A DNA stretch of 64,000 bases from a virus. Taxonomy: Duplodnaviria; Caudoviricetes. Location: positions 64,001 to 128,000 of the IMG/VR virus record IMGVR_UViG_3300031992_000012, one strand, 5' to 3'. The translations under genes were made by a program, and so were the position numbers. Shown here piece by piece: positions 1 through 9,324 of the stretch. The notes beneath the pieces are model-generated. The model did not search any database. It worked only from the letters and a program-made list of their open reading frames with translations, and was not told where the DNA came from. The first letter of the stretch is position 1. The number at the start of each line of letters is the position of its first letter.

Positions 1-1
1 C

Positions 2-406
2 CAGTTCTACACGAACTATCCGCGCAATGACGCCCGTGACGCCTCCAACTACTTCAAGAGCATGCTGAACCATCTCGGCAGCACCGTCATCACCTCGCTT
101 GTCAGGAGTGAAGGCCTTCTCCCGGACTCCGAGACCGCCGGCGCCACCATCGCCAAGGTTTTCGATGAATTCGAGAACATCTACAAGGTAATCTCACAGG
201 AAGGCAACAAGCTAAAGGACCGCATCATGCTGGACAAGGACGCCGACGCGCTGGTCAAGGCGCTTGCGGATTTCGAGACCATGCTCACCGTCCGCACGAA
301 CACTCTGCTGGCGGAGTACAAGGATAAAAAGGAAGCCCCCGCCGACATCCCTGCGCCGGTCAAGCCGAAGGTTCGCCGCTGCCGCCGTGAAGTCCGCAAG
401 AAATAA
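2..406 (+). CDS. hypothetical protein, 5'-truncated
   Basis: Frame is open from position 2 (QFYTNYPRND...) into ORF 62..406. Confidence 0.7.
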   Translation, partial: QFYTNYPRNDARDASNYFKSMLNHLGSTVITSLVRSEGLLPDSETAGATIAKVFDEFENIYKVISQEGNKLKDRIMLDKDADALVKALADFETMLTVRTNTLLAEYKDKKEAPADIPAPVKPKVRRCRREVRKK

Positions 407-441
407 TCATCGCATTTGTTTGTTCAAAAAGGAGGCTTGCA

Positions 442-732
442 ATGAAAAGAATATCACTATTTTTGAGCAAGACCGGACAGGTCCGCTGCTCCCAGGAGGA
501 GGCGAGGCATCCCGACGAAGTGGTCGAAGGGCTGGCCGCGCGCTCCGGCGCGTCCTCCTGGGAAATCTATGTGAAGGACGATATGGGCGAACGTGGTCTT
601 CTTTCAGCCAACGCCAAACTGGCCGACAAGGCGGTGAGAGACCTCAAGACGTCTTTGGGTGGCGTGGAGGCGTTCGCCTCCTCGCTTCGTTCGAGAATGG
701 CGGAGGCGCCGGATGCTGCGGAAGAACCCTGA
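442..732 (+). CDS. hypothetical protein
   Basis: AAGGAGG RBS upstream of the ATG; 96 aa. Confidence 0.75.
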   Translation: MKRISLFLSKTGQVRCSQEEARHPDEVVEGLAARSGASSWEIYVKDDMGERGLLSANAKLADKAVRDLKTSLGGVEAFASSLRSRMAEAPDAAEEP

Positions 733-1282
733 CAAGGAAACGCTTGCGAGAATCGTAAGCCTTCTGGGCCAGTACTCGACCAACTGGGGGGATGTCGCCA
801 AGCGGCGCCCCCCGGGCACCAAGGCCTTCTTCGACTACCTGTTCGGCGACGTGGGCAGGATACAGGACCTTCTGCGCTCCATGACCGCCGAGCAGCATGT
901 CGAGATATCCAACCTAATAATTCGCTACGAGGGCGTTACATCAACGCCGTCTCGGGACAGGCGCCTGGTGCTCGAAGGCCACAACACAAACATGTACTCC
1001 CCCCTCATCTCTTTCGAGGACAAGCATTACATGAGCGCCATGATGGGCAACGAGGCGTACTGGAGATGGCTACGGGGCACCGTACCGCAATTTCGTGAAG
1101 GCGGTCCCAAAGCCGCCTATTTCGTGTGCGGGCTATGCTTCGGATCGAACAGACCTGGCACATGGTACTGGATTGACGCATCCCCTGACAGCGAGGAGAC
1201 AGTGACTTGCGACTACTACAAGACCATGTCCTCCTGGCTTGCGAGAAACTCCACCGCGCTTATGGAGGCAAGACGGACATGA
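713..1282 (+). CDS. hypothetical protein, paralog family A (divergent)
   Basis: GGAGG RBS; C-terminal WYWIDA..SEETVTCD resembles the three downstream paralogs. Confidence 0.7.
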   Translation: MLRKNPDKETLARIVSLLGQYSTNWGDVAKRRPPGTKAFFDYLFGDVGRIQDLLRSMTAEQHVEISNLIIRYEGVTSTPSRDRRLVLEGHNTNMYSPLISFEDKHYMSAMMGNEAYWRWLRGTVPQFREGGPKAAYFVCGLCFGSNRPGTWYWIDASPDSEETVTCDYYKTMSSWLARNSTALMEARRT

Positions 1283-1746
1283 CTTACAACGAAGCTTGCA
1301 AGAAACTGTATCCTAATGCCTGCGCAATCCTCTTGAAGCTCGGAATACAGTGGGGGCTGGACGACTCGGCCGCAAAGCTCCGTGCCGGGCTGATGGAGGA
1401 CGACGGCGCCTTCCTGGACGCCGTGGAGTTGTTTATCAAGTTCAAACGCATGGTGGACGGATTCGTGCGGATACACGGCAGGAACATATACGGGAATCTG
1501 ATTCGGTTCGACGACGTCCAGTCGTTAAGGGCCGGGATGGACCTGTTTCGCTTGAGAATAGAAAGAAGGGGGCGTTCCTTTGTCTTCCGTAACATACGGG
1601 AGGGAAACCAGATCGCTTTCTTGCGAACGGCAGAGGATTCCTGTTCGTACTGGATTGTGTTCAGCAAACGCGACGAGCTGGTAACGAGCGAGATTTTTGC
1701 CAGCGCCTACTGCACCGTTGTCAACGTAAGGGAAGGAGGCGTATGA
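1279..1746 (+). CDS. hypothetical protein, paralog family A
   Basis: ATGA overlap; DDGAFLDAVEL / YGNLIRFDD / YWIV..RDELVTSE motifs. Confidence 0.8.
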   Translation: MTYNEACKKLYPNACAILLKLGIQWGLDDSAAKLRAGLMEDDGAFLDAVELFIKFKRMVDGFVRIHGRNIYGNLIRFDDVQSLRAGMDLFRLRIERRGRSFVFRNIREGNQIAFLRTAEDSCSYWIVFSKRDELVTSEIFASAYCTVVNVREGGV

Positions 1747-2222
1747 TGTTCCGCGAATATCCAAAGAAAGTGCTGCAGAAGTATCATGGCATGGCCGTGG
1801 GCATACTTGAAAGGGCGGATATGAAACGATATCCTCCAAACGACCCGCAGCTCTACCATGCGATTTTTGAGCTTCTCTACGAAAACGACACGGCGTTCAT
1901 GGACGCCCTGGAGCTGTACCTGAACGCCAAGCTCGAACAGGAAGGGAAGATGGAGATTCACGATTCCATCATCCAGCAGATGATACGTCTGGACGACCCC
2001 GATTCCATAAAGAGGGCCGCCGGATGGCTTCGCGAATGCGCGATAAGGAGCAGGAACACGTGGGAGGCGTTCACAGGGGCGAGGGTCCTGGCCTTTCTGA
2101 GGGCAGATAATACTGCCTGCGGCCAGTGGTTCGTCTATCCTGAACGCGAAGAGTTCTTCACCAACGAGTGCATGAAGGATTCCGCCAAGTTCATGTCGCA
2201 GGTATTGAGGTCTTGCTCATGA
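1743..2222 (+). CDS. hypothetical protein, paralog family A
   Basis: NDTAFMDALEL / MIRLDDPDSI / WFVY..REEFFTNEC. Confidence 0.8.
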   Translation: MMFREYPKKVLQKYHGMAVGILERADMKRYPPNDPQLYHAIFELLYENDTAFMDALELYLNAKLEQEGKMEIHDSIIQQMIRLDDPDSIKRAAGWLRECAIRSRNTWEAFTGARVLAFLRADNTACGQWFVYPEREEFFTNECMKDSAKFMSQVLRSCS

Positions 2223-2704
2223 TTACGTCATTGACTGCTGTATACCGCGCGGAGGCCCTCAGGCTACTGCAGCGGATGTCCCTGTCGGCCACACAACCTG
2301 ACCGGGACAAGCTCGTGGCGGACATCAAGGACCGTATGGAGACGGACGACAAACTCTTCCTCGACGGTCTCGACCTTCATATCCGATGGCATCACGAAGT
2401 CGAGAACCGGGTGGTGAACATATACGGCAGGACGGTGTTCGGAAACCTGGTGCGGTTCGACAACCGGGAGTCCATCAGGGCGAGCGCCGACATGGTCAGG
2501 TACGTAATCTATGGCACAGGCCGCAGGTTCCGCTTCATGCCTCGCGGCATCGAGACCGGCGAATTCATCGGTCTTCTCAAGACGTCCATGAACGACCCTG
2601 ACTCATTCTGGGTGATACACGATGACAAGAGCGAGAGCGTCACGCGTGAGTGCCTAGAGTGCGCCGCCCTGATAGTCCCGGAAATAATGGAGGACACCAG
2701 ATGA
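2219..2704 (+). CDS. hypothetical protein, paralog family A
   Basis: DDKLFLDGLDL / FGNLVRFDN / FWVI..KSESVTREC. Confidence 0.8.
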   Translation: MITSLTAVYRAEALRLLQRMSLSATQPDRDKLVADIKDRMETDDKLFLDGLDLHIRWHHEVENRVVNIYGRTVFGNLVRFDNRESIRASADMVRYVIYGTGRRFRFMPRGIETGEFIGLLKTSMNDPDSFWVIHDDKSESVTRECLECAALIVPEIMEDTR

Positions 2705-3120
2705 GCAGGACCTGGCCTGAGCCGTGGAGGGACGATTCCGCCCATATGGAGACCGACCTGCTTGTCCAGAGGGTGAACCTTCTCATCGACAACAACGTCG
2801 ATATACACTTCACCATAAACATGGTTTCCTTCGAGGTAATCGGCCACGTGCACAACATGGACGACGAGGAGGTGCGCGACGTCCTCTGCAAGTACGAGAA
2901 GACAAGCCTGCTGGAGCGTCCGACCAAACCAGAGCTCCGTGACAGGGCATGGAGAAGGGGGATGATGGTGAGGCTTCACTACCAGACCCCTCCTGCCCGC
3001 AACGGAGGCGTAGTCCAGTGGGCGTTCATAGAAAGGGGCTCCAACTTCTTCAACGAGCTGGAGAGATTCGTCAGAGCTAACATGCCCGAAGCATATGGAG
3101 GAATGGTGCCTGATGGATAG
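2701..3120 (+). CDS. hypothetical protein
   Basis: ATGA overlap, GGAGG RBS. Confidence 0.7.
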   Translation: MSRTWPEPWRDDSAHMETDLLVQRVNLLIDNNVDIHFTINMVSFEVIGHVHNMDDEEVRDVLCKYEKTSLLERPTKPELRDRAWRRGMMVRLHYQTPPARNGGVVQWAFIERGSNFFNELERFVRANMPEAYGGMVPDG

Positions 3121-3589
3121 GACCTACAGGGAGGCTGTCGACGCTGTCACTTTGCTCAACGACGAGCTTGCGATGACCGGCACACGGGTGGGGCCAGTCC
3201 TCCTGTGCTGGCGTCGCGGCAGTCGCTACATAACCTATGTTCAGAGGGGACAGGCGTCCCTGATCGATTCAGAAGAGGGATTCGGCCTTCTCCAAGACAA
3301 GATAAGGCTGGACCCTTATTTCGCAAAAGGGCGGGACGATCGTGTGACAAGGCTGCTCAAACCTATCAGGGACGGGTTCGAGATAATACTCGTGCCCGTA
3401 AAGGCCGTCTATGGAAACCACGGCTACACCGCCACGACAATGGAACGCTCCGTCTTCGGGTACACCGGGGTCCTGCTCCTGTATGTGCCCGGGGAGTGGT
3501 GCAGGCATGCCCTGAATATGGCCAGAAGGCGGATTCAGGAAAGACAACGGGAAACAATGAGGCCGTTATGGATGTCAAGGATTTTATGA
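3113..3589 (+). CDS. hypothetical protein
   Basis: Coupled ORF in an operon-like array. Confidence 0.65.
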   Translation: MDRTYREAVDAVTLLNDELAMTGTRVGPVLLCWRRGSRYITYVQRGQASLIDSEEGFGLLQDKIRLDPYFAKGRDDRVTRLLKPIRDGFEIILVPVKAVYGNHGYTATTMERSVFGYTGVLLLYVPGEWCRHALNMARRRIQERQRETMRPLWMSRIL

Positions 3590-4026
3590 AACTTCCGGAG
3601 ATTGAGCGCATAGACATGGTGAACTCCTGGTTCAGGAGGGCTACGAGCAACAGGGCCGGGATGTTCCCTATAATAGCAAGACTCACGGAAACACGCGAAG
3701 GCACCCGGTTCGTAATGTGTCTGACAGGAACTGTAATGCCTGTTAACTACAACTCCGTTCTCAGGTTCATAAGGCAGTCCAGGCAGGACAGAATCGGCAA
3801 GATGGACTTGCGGGACTTGATAAAAGACCTGGAGTTCGGGATCGCGGAGCCGGACATTCTTTTTGCGCCTACCGCCATAGGCTTTTTCGATGAAGGGTAT
3901 ACGGGCTTTCCCTGGCTTCGCCCCGGAACGGGCTGTCTGAAGGCCTGTAATTGGAAGTCTTCCATAATCGGGTGCATCGTGGAGGCCGTTTTAGGAAAGG
4001 GCACATTCGAAGGAGTCGAACTATGA
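3568..4026 (+). CDS. hypothetical protein, paralog family B
   Basis: N-terminus MDVKDFMKLPEIERIDMVNSWF resembles the next two ORFs. Confidence 0.75.
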   Translation: MDVKDFMKLPEIERIDMVNSWFRRATSNRAGMFPIIARLTETREGTRFVMCLTGTVMPVNYNSVLRFIRQSRQDRIGKMDLRDLIKDLEFGIAEPDILFAPTAIGFFDEGYTGFPWLRPGTGCLKACNWKSSIIGCIVEAVLGKGTFEGVEL

Positions 4027-4499
4027 ACAGAAAACAATTCTCGCAGCTTCCTACTGAAAGGATAACGGAAATGGTGAACCAGTGGTTCGACGAATTCCCA
4101 AAGTGCAGGCCATTGCTGGTCGTGCCTAGGAACCCGCGCCACTCGGACTGCTTCTGCATGACCCGGCGCATGATATGCGAGTCCGACGAGGAGGGGATTG
4201 GCAGCACAATCCTCTGGCTCAAGAAGAACAATCGTTCCTCGTCCTCCATTCTGGGCGAAATGAGGAAGGAGATAGAGCGGCAGGACTTCGTCGGCTTTAT
4301 TTTCTATACCACAATCGTCGCGTTCCAGGTGAACTTGACGACGCTGCCCAGCAAGGCGCTGTCCTACTCGCCTTCCGATGGGTTGATATTCGTCACGCGC
4401 GAAAATCTGCTCCATGGCTGCAACGGAATGCTGGTGGATGTCGTGAACGACATAACAGGGGCGCAAAGGAGGTTCCAGGAATGGAGAAACGTAAAATAA
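4023..4499 (+). CDS. hypothetical protein, paralog family B
   Basis: MNRKQFSQLPTERITEMVNQWF. Confidence 0.75.
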   Translation: MNRKQFSQLPTERITEMVNQWFDEFPKCRPLLVVPRNPRHSDCFCMTRRMICESDEEGIGSTILWLKKNNRSSSSILGEMRKEIERQDFVGFIFYTTIVAFQVNLTTLPSKALSYSPSDGLIFVTRENLLHGCNGMLVDVVNDITGAQRRFQEWRNVK

Positions 4500-4909
4500 G
4501 GGAACTGTCCCCCATGGACTTCATTGCGCTCTGCAACGAGTTCTACTACAAGTACAGGGATGTCGACAAAGGTCTGTGCCCGGTAATCGACGTGACCTCG
4601 ACACCGATGTTCTGGTATGTGTTCGAGCCTTTCTGTCCGGCGACGGACGAGGGGTTATACATGTTCCTCCGCAAAGCCACGGTTAACCATGTCTTGTCCG
4701 GACGTTATCACACCATGGCGATACGACACGCCGACAAGCTTGAGGACCCCAACCTTCTAGGATTCTCCCCGGCTGTAGGCCACAACGGAGGAATGCTCAT
4801 AAACGACTATTCCTTCGAGGCGAAGACAGGGCCGTCCTACTACTGGACGATAGAGCGATCAGGGCCTTCATATGAAGCGTTTATCTCGATATTGTCCAGA
4901 GCCATGTGA
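4481..4909 (+). CDS. hypothetical protein, paralog family B (divergent)
   Basis: MEKRKIRELSPMDFIALCNEFY..LCPVI. Confidence 0.7.
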   Translation: MEKRKIRELSPMDFIALCNEFYYKYRDVDKGLCPVIDVTSTPMFWYVFEPFCPATDEGLYMFLRKATVNHVLSGRYHTMAIRHADKLEDPNLLGFSPAVGHNGGMLINDYSFEAKTGPSYYWTIERSGPSYEAFISILSRAM

Positions 4910-4914
4910 ACAAC

Positions 4915-4947
4915 GCCGCCGGGCGTCAAACCCCGGCGGTCTTTTTT
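4915..4947 (+). terminator. intrinsic terminator
   Basis: GCCGCCGGG/CCCGGCGGT stem followed by T6. Confidence 0.8.
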
Positions 4948-5017
4948 AGCTTGTAGAACCCGTTGTAAATTAAAACTGTTGCACTCATATACTCTTAATA
5001 ATAAAGCAGGCCTTGAG

Positions 5018-6148
5018 ATGACCGAGGAACTTAGGAAAATATTGATTAAGACGGCTGCAGAACCGCAGGAGGAGCCTTTCCGCCCGGCCCTGATAGGCGA
5101 CCCTGTTAAGTTCGCCAAGCAGACCAAGCCGTTCAAGATTAGCGACGCGGCCATATCGGCCGGCGTCTGGATGGCAGGCGCCCTGTTCTGGGGCAAGATG
5201 ATGGAGATATGGAACGGGAAGACCATCGACAACTACTGGGAGCGCACCGACCCTTATGCCGGACTAAAGGACGAGAACGGCAATCCTACCGAGGATTACG
5301 ACAAGGCCAGGTTCCATGACAGGATGGGGAAGATCGCACGTCTTCTGTCGGCGGGCGGAGCCGGTTTCCTGTCCAGTGTCGTTGACCAGGCGATAGGCGG
5401 GCAGCCGTACAACTACATGGGCTACAAGGTTCCTACAACGCCCAAGGACATAGTGATAGCTTTCACGGGCGCGGGCTCCGGCGCGCACCGCGCAAGGAAA
5501 GGCCGTGAGCACGACATGGACGTAGCCGACCTTGACAGCCGTTATGGAAAGGGCCGCTACGCCCTGTTCAACCACAAGCATCTCAGGGAGGCCCAGGAGT
5601 TTCTCATGAACCTTCCGCCCGGATGCCGTATAAGAATCCAGGGACACTCGTATGGCGGCTCATCGGCATGGAAGCTGGCGCAGTTCGCCAGCGATAACGG
5701 CATTCCAATAGACCGTCTCGACACCTTGGACCCAATCGGAATGTCCCCCGAAATGCAGTTCAAAGGCAAACCTGAGCTGGTAAAGACATGGGAGAACCAT
5801 CTCCCCAAGAAGCGCCGGCTATGGTACTGGCCTGACTTCCTCGCCACAATTGGCCATGTCCGTCGTGAACTCAAGGGGGCGGACAACAAGATTTACACGG
5901 AGCCGCAGTACAACGATCATAGCGGAATCCGTCTTGTCGACTTCGCGGGCGACAAGAAGCGCAATCTCCAATATGACATGAACGCCGACCACCCGTTAAG
6001 CGCGTTCACCGAGGAAGGGCTTCTTACCAAGACCGCTTCGGACTGGAAGAACTGGTACAGGGAGCGTAAAGCTGCCGTCAACACAGACGCCAAGGATTAC
6101 GCAAGCTCCTCTTTCCGTGCACTTGTAGGAAAGTTGACGGGTATATAG
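5018..6148 (+). CDS. alpha/beta-hydrolase fold protein (putative virion cargo)
   Basis: GHSYGG nucleophile elbow, TLDP acid motif, later His (DHSG); KTAA near the N-terminus and KTAS near the C-terminus. Confidence 0.75.
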   Translation: MTEELRKILIKTAAEPQEEPFRPALIGDPVKFAKQTKPFKISDAAISAGVWMAGALFWGKMMEIWNGKTIDNYWERTDPYAGLKDENGNPTEDYDKARFHDRMGKIARLLSAGGAGFLSSVVDQAIGGQPYNYMGYKVPTTPKDIVIAFTGAGSGAHRARKGREHDMDVADLDSRYGKGRYALFNHKHLREAQEFLMNLPPGCRIRIQGHSYGGSSAWKLAQFASDNGIPIDRLDTLDPIGMSPEMQFKGKPELVKTWENHLPKKRRLWYWPDFLATIGHVRRELKGADNKIYTEPQYNDHSGIRLVDFAGDKKRNLQYDMNADHPLSAFTEEGLLTKTASDWKNWYRERKAAVNTDAKDYASSSFRALVGKLTGI

Positions 6149-6176
6149 CACGACGTTCAAATAATAAGGAAACAAT

Positions 6177-6761
6177 ATGAACTGGAATGACATCAAGGCG
6201 ATTGCCAAGCGTGGCATCGCGCAGAAGAAAGCAACGGAAGAGAAGATTGAACGCACCAACGAGCTGATGACGAAGTACGCCGTAGCCAAGCAGGCCAGCG
6301 ACACGGTCGACCTTATGAAGCGCACCGCCGAGATGCTGCGGGGCAAGATGCCGGCGCCAAAGCTGGGCAGCGACCCCTGTCTCCGCTCCCTGCGTCGCAA
6401 GCTCATAGCGGCCAAGCACGCCAACGACGGCTCCGACAGTTTCCAACGCGTTGGAAAATTGATACATGGGTTTATCAAAAGAGACCCGCTTGCCCGCATC
6501 GCCAAGATAGCGGCCGACCGCGATGAACGGCTTGAGAAGGCCAAGTACAAGGAGGAGCAGGCGAAGACGGTCACCGAGGAAACCCGCAAGGGACAGCCCG
6601 AAAAACCCACCACGGCCCCGATGGAAGGTCAGCCGCATGACGGCGAAGGCCGTGAGGTAACTTTTGGCGACGGTCGCACAGTCACTTTCAAGAGCGCCTC
6701 CGAACGTCAGCAATGGCTCGCCAACAAGGTAAAGGAAGCATACAAGAGGGCCGGGATGTGA
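6177..6761 (+). CDS. K-x-A motif helical protein (putative internal head protein)
   Basis: MNWNDIKAIAK start; KQAS, KIAA and KSAS motifs. Confidence 0.7.
   Translation: MNWNDIKAIAKRGIAQKKATEEKIERTNELMTKYAVAKQASDTVDLMKRTAEMLRGKMPAPKLGSDPCLRSLRRKLIAAKHANDGSDSFQRVGKLIHGFIKRDPLARIAKIAADRDERLEKAKYKEEQAKTVTEETRKGQPEKPTTAPMEGQPHDGEGREVTFGDGRTVTFKSASERQQWLANKVKEAYKRAGM
6440..6457. repeat. dispersed palindrome, copy 1
   Basis: TTTCCAACGCGTTGGAAA inside a CDS. Confidence 0.85.
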
Positions 6762-7465
6762 TTGACTGGGTCGGCGTAAAGCAGGCGGCCGACCCGCTCT
6801 GGAACCCTGAGCCCAACGTCCCGCCTGTATACAACAAATGGGTTCCTCGCCCCGCTTCCGGTTTTCACACGTTCGGAAGAGGCGACAATCTTATGGGGAT
6901 AGCCGACAGGTACGGTGTCTCTCATCGTCGTCTCGCTCTTGCCAATCCAACGCTTAGCCCGAACTCCATAAGGGAGGGTACCCGTGTAAACATTCCGATG
7001 AATGAGAGGGAATGGCTGATGAAGACTAAGGGCTTCGACCCGGAGGCCGTGTCCGCTCTTCCGGCAAATTTCGCAAAGGCCGTGCGGATGCAGGAGTCGC
7101 AGGACGGAAAGTACCTACGTCCGTTCGGCAACGCGTCGTCGGCCAGGGGCATCTACCAGATGCTGCGTGACAGGTTCAACATAACCAAGTCGCGCCACCC
7201 CGAGATGAAGACGTGGAACCACGACGACCTGCTCACCGACAACAGGAAGGCACAGCAGGCCTTCGACTGGACGATAAAGGACAACATGCGCCGTTACAAC
7301 TACCTCAACGGGACACCAATGCCGGTCAACATGATGATCCGCTCCTGGCACCAGCCAGGCAACTTGTACAACCAACGCGCAATCGACTACGAGAAAGCCG
7401 TAATGAAGCAGATGGAGCTTATCCTGCAGGCGGCGCAGAACAACCAGGTCACCAAGCTCAAATAG
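6758..7465 (+). CDS. LysM-domain lytic transglycosylase/lysozyme-like protein with MIDW leader
   Basis: GTG start VIDWVGVKQAA; LysM (GDNLMGIADRYGVS..LALANP..IREGTRVNIP); QES..SSARGIYQM lysozyme-family motif. Confidence 0.8.
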   Translation: MIDWVGVKQAADPLWNPEPNVPPVYNKWVPRPASGFHTFGRGDNLMGIADRYGVSHRRLALANPTLSPNSIREGTRVNIPMNEREWLMKTKGFDPEAVSALPANFAKAVRMQESQDGKYLRPFGNASSARGIYQMLRDRFNITKSRHPEMKTWNHDDLLTDNRKAQQAFDWTIKDNMRRYNYLNGTPMPVNMMIRSWHQPGNLYNQRAIDYEKAVMKQMELILQAAQNNQVTKLK

Positions 7466-7528
7466 CTAAAAAAGAACCTGCTTCGAGTAATAATATTGTA
7501 GGAGGCAAGTTAGCAGCTTCCCTCCTGC
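7465..7528 (+). promoter_or_regulatory. putative phage promoter motif plus GTTA-loop hairpin
   Basis: GCTAAAAAA..GTAATAAT followed by GGAGG-CAAGTTAGCAGCTT-CCTCC; similar elements at four other loci. Confidence 0.55.
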
Positions 7529-7572
7529 GTCATGGCGGTACCCTTTGTGCTGCCGCCATTAAAGGTTTTACT

Positions 7573-7607
7573 GACCGGGGTTTCACAAACCCCGGTCTTT
7601 TTATTTT
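7573..7607 (+). terminator. intrinsic terminator
   Basis: GACCGGGGTTT-CAC-AAACCCCGGTC plus T tract. Confidence 0.8.
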
Positions 7608-7626
7608 AGGTCGTTGGTTTCAACTG

Positions 7627-7667
7627 GCGGCCCTGCTCCAATGTGCTTAGGAGTGGGGCCGCTTTTT
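7627..7667 (+). terminator. intrinsic terminator
   Basis: GCGGCCCTGCTCC/GGAGTGGGGCCGC plus T5. Confidence 0.75.
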
Positions 7668-7700
7668 ATTAGTTTGTTTAGCACATAAAAAGGAGGGTTT

Positions 7701-8348
7701 ATGACAGTGCATGAAGTTACAATGCTCGACCTTGTGGGGACCAAGAAGATGCCGCCCGTTGACCGGCAGCATGTGCAGCTCCTGCTCAAGGCGGTACTGA
7801 GGTTCGTCAACATCCGTTACCAGACATCCCTGCAGCGTCCATGGGAGTTCTCGGCGGGGGACTGCGCCGAAGCTGTTTTCTCGCCGCTTGACCACGATAA
7901 CGTCGTCCATTGCCTTGCCGTGATAAAGCGGCTCCTTTGGCGTGTGCAGCTTCGTGTGTCGTCGTCGGTGGGCGTTTGGAACGTGGTTACGGACGGTGGC
8001 ATCAACGAGCAGGACGGCCCTGTGTTCTGGGCAGCCAAGGACGAGTTGCGGGCGGCCAAGGGGGAGAATGTCCGTGCACGGGTAAGGAAGGCGGTCTACC
8101 GTGACGACGAGTTTTCCGGCACAGTACCGGATACGGAGTCCTGCTTCCGTCTTGAAGCGGATTTCGCCAACGTCGACGGCATGACGCTGGAGGAGTCCAA
8201 CAGTGACTTTGAACGAATCTTCGACAGCGTCATAGGCGTAAACCGTCAGTTGGCGGATGTCATAAACCAGTCCAGGGCAGTGGTATGGCTTGCCAGACAG
8301 GCCGCCTTCGGAACCGATGGAAATTACTGGAGGTCCGCCCGTGTGTAG
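7701..8348 (+). CDS. hypothetical protein
   Basis: AAGGAGG RBS; 215 aa. Confidence 0.75.
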   Translation: MTVHEVTMLDLVGTKKMPPVDRQHVQLLLKAVLRFVNIRYQTSLQRPWEFSAGDCAEAVFSPLDHDNVVHCLAVIKRLLWRVQLRVSSSVGVWNVVTDGGINEQDGPVFWAAKDELRAAKGENVRARVRKAVYRDDEFSGTVPDTESCFRLEADFANVDGMTLEESNSDFERIFDSVIGVNRQLADVINQSRAVVWLARQAAFGTDGNYWRSARV

Positions 8349-8757
8349 CGATTTCCTGTCATTATGCGGCATAGCGCAGCCGGACTGGCTTATAGCGCTG
8401 ATGATTCTGTGGGTGGTAGTCTGTTTCCTGCAGTACATCACGCTCGTTGGACGTGTCGACGACATGCTTGTTATAGCCGTCTTTGTCTTCGAGGTTCTCC
8501 TGATGTTCGCCGTGGAATGCAAGTGGTGGGAGAACAAGGGGAACGAGATGGCCAAGGACGTACAAATGCAGATTTTCTACAACAGGTACGAATCCTGGGG
8601 AAATCACTGGAAGGACGAGAAGGCCCTTCCGTCGCTTGAAAGAATCGGCACCGAGGCGAAAGCCTATTTATACCGTAAGCAAAAAGGAGAAAACAATGAA
8701 GAGGAAAAGACTGTTCTTCGGGGGCACGTTCGACCCCATACACATGGGCCACATTAA
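8341..8757 (+). CDS. hypothetical membrane protein
   Basis: Two hydrophobic segments; start uncertain (GTG at 8341). Confidence 0.5.
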   Translation: MCSDFLSLCGIAQPDWLIALMILWVVVCFLQYITLVGRVDDMLVIAVFVFEVLLMFAVECKWWENKGNEMAKDVQMQIFYNRYESWGNHWKDEKALPSLERIGTEAKAYLYRKQKGENNEEEKTVLRGHVRPHTHGPH

Positions 8758-9322
8758 CCTGGCGCTAAAGACAATAGAAATGGGGTACGCTGACGTCGTG
8801 TCGTTCATGCCCTGCGGCCATCCTTCGCATAAATCCTCGACAGGCGCCGACATGAACAGCCGACTAGCCATGGTCCGTCTCGCCTCGAAGGAATACAAAA
8901 ATCTAGAGTACACGGATTTGGACATCCATTCGGATTTGTCCTACACCTACATTACCGTGGACAGGATTCGCCGCGTGTTCCTGATCGACGAGGTAGGAAT
9001 GCTTATCGGCATGGACAGCCTTATCGACATGCACAACTGGGAGAAGGCGAAGGAGTTCACGAAGAAGATTCACTTCTTCACCTACCCGCGACCAGGAGTA
9101 ACGCCCCCTACCCTGGATCAGCTCACCGAGTGGTTCGACAGTGAAACCGCCTTCTCGCTGATGAGCGGGATAATGGGCGGAGTTACCGATCGAGACACAA
9201 TGAACGTTTCCAGCACTGAAATCCGCAAGGCGGTCAAGGAGCACAAGGGGCTTGAGAACCTTGTCCCGGCGTCCGTGGCCGAATATATCTACGACAACCA
9301 TTTATACGAAGAGGAGGATTAA
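8696..9322 (+). CDS. nadD: nicotinate/nicotinamide-nucleotide adenylyltransferase
   Basis: FGGTFDPIHMGH (HxGH), IGMDS, VSSTEIR and VAEYI..HLY motifs. Confidence 0.9.
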   Translation: MKRKRLFFGGTFDPIHMGHINLALKTIEMGYADVVSFMPCGHPSHKSSTGADMNSRLAMVRLASKEYKNLEYTDLDIHSDLSYTYITVDRIRRVFLIDEVGMLIGMDSLIDMHNWEKAKEFTKKIHFFTYPRPGVTPPTLDQLTEWFDSETAFSLMSGIMGGVTDRDTMNVSSTEIRKAVKEHKGLENLVPASVAEYIYDNHLYEEED

Positions 9323-9324
9323 CA

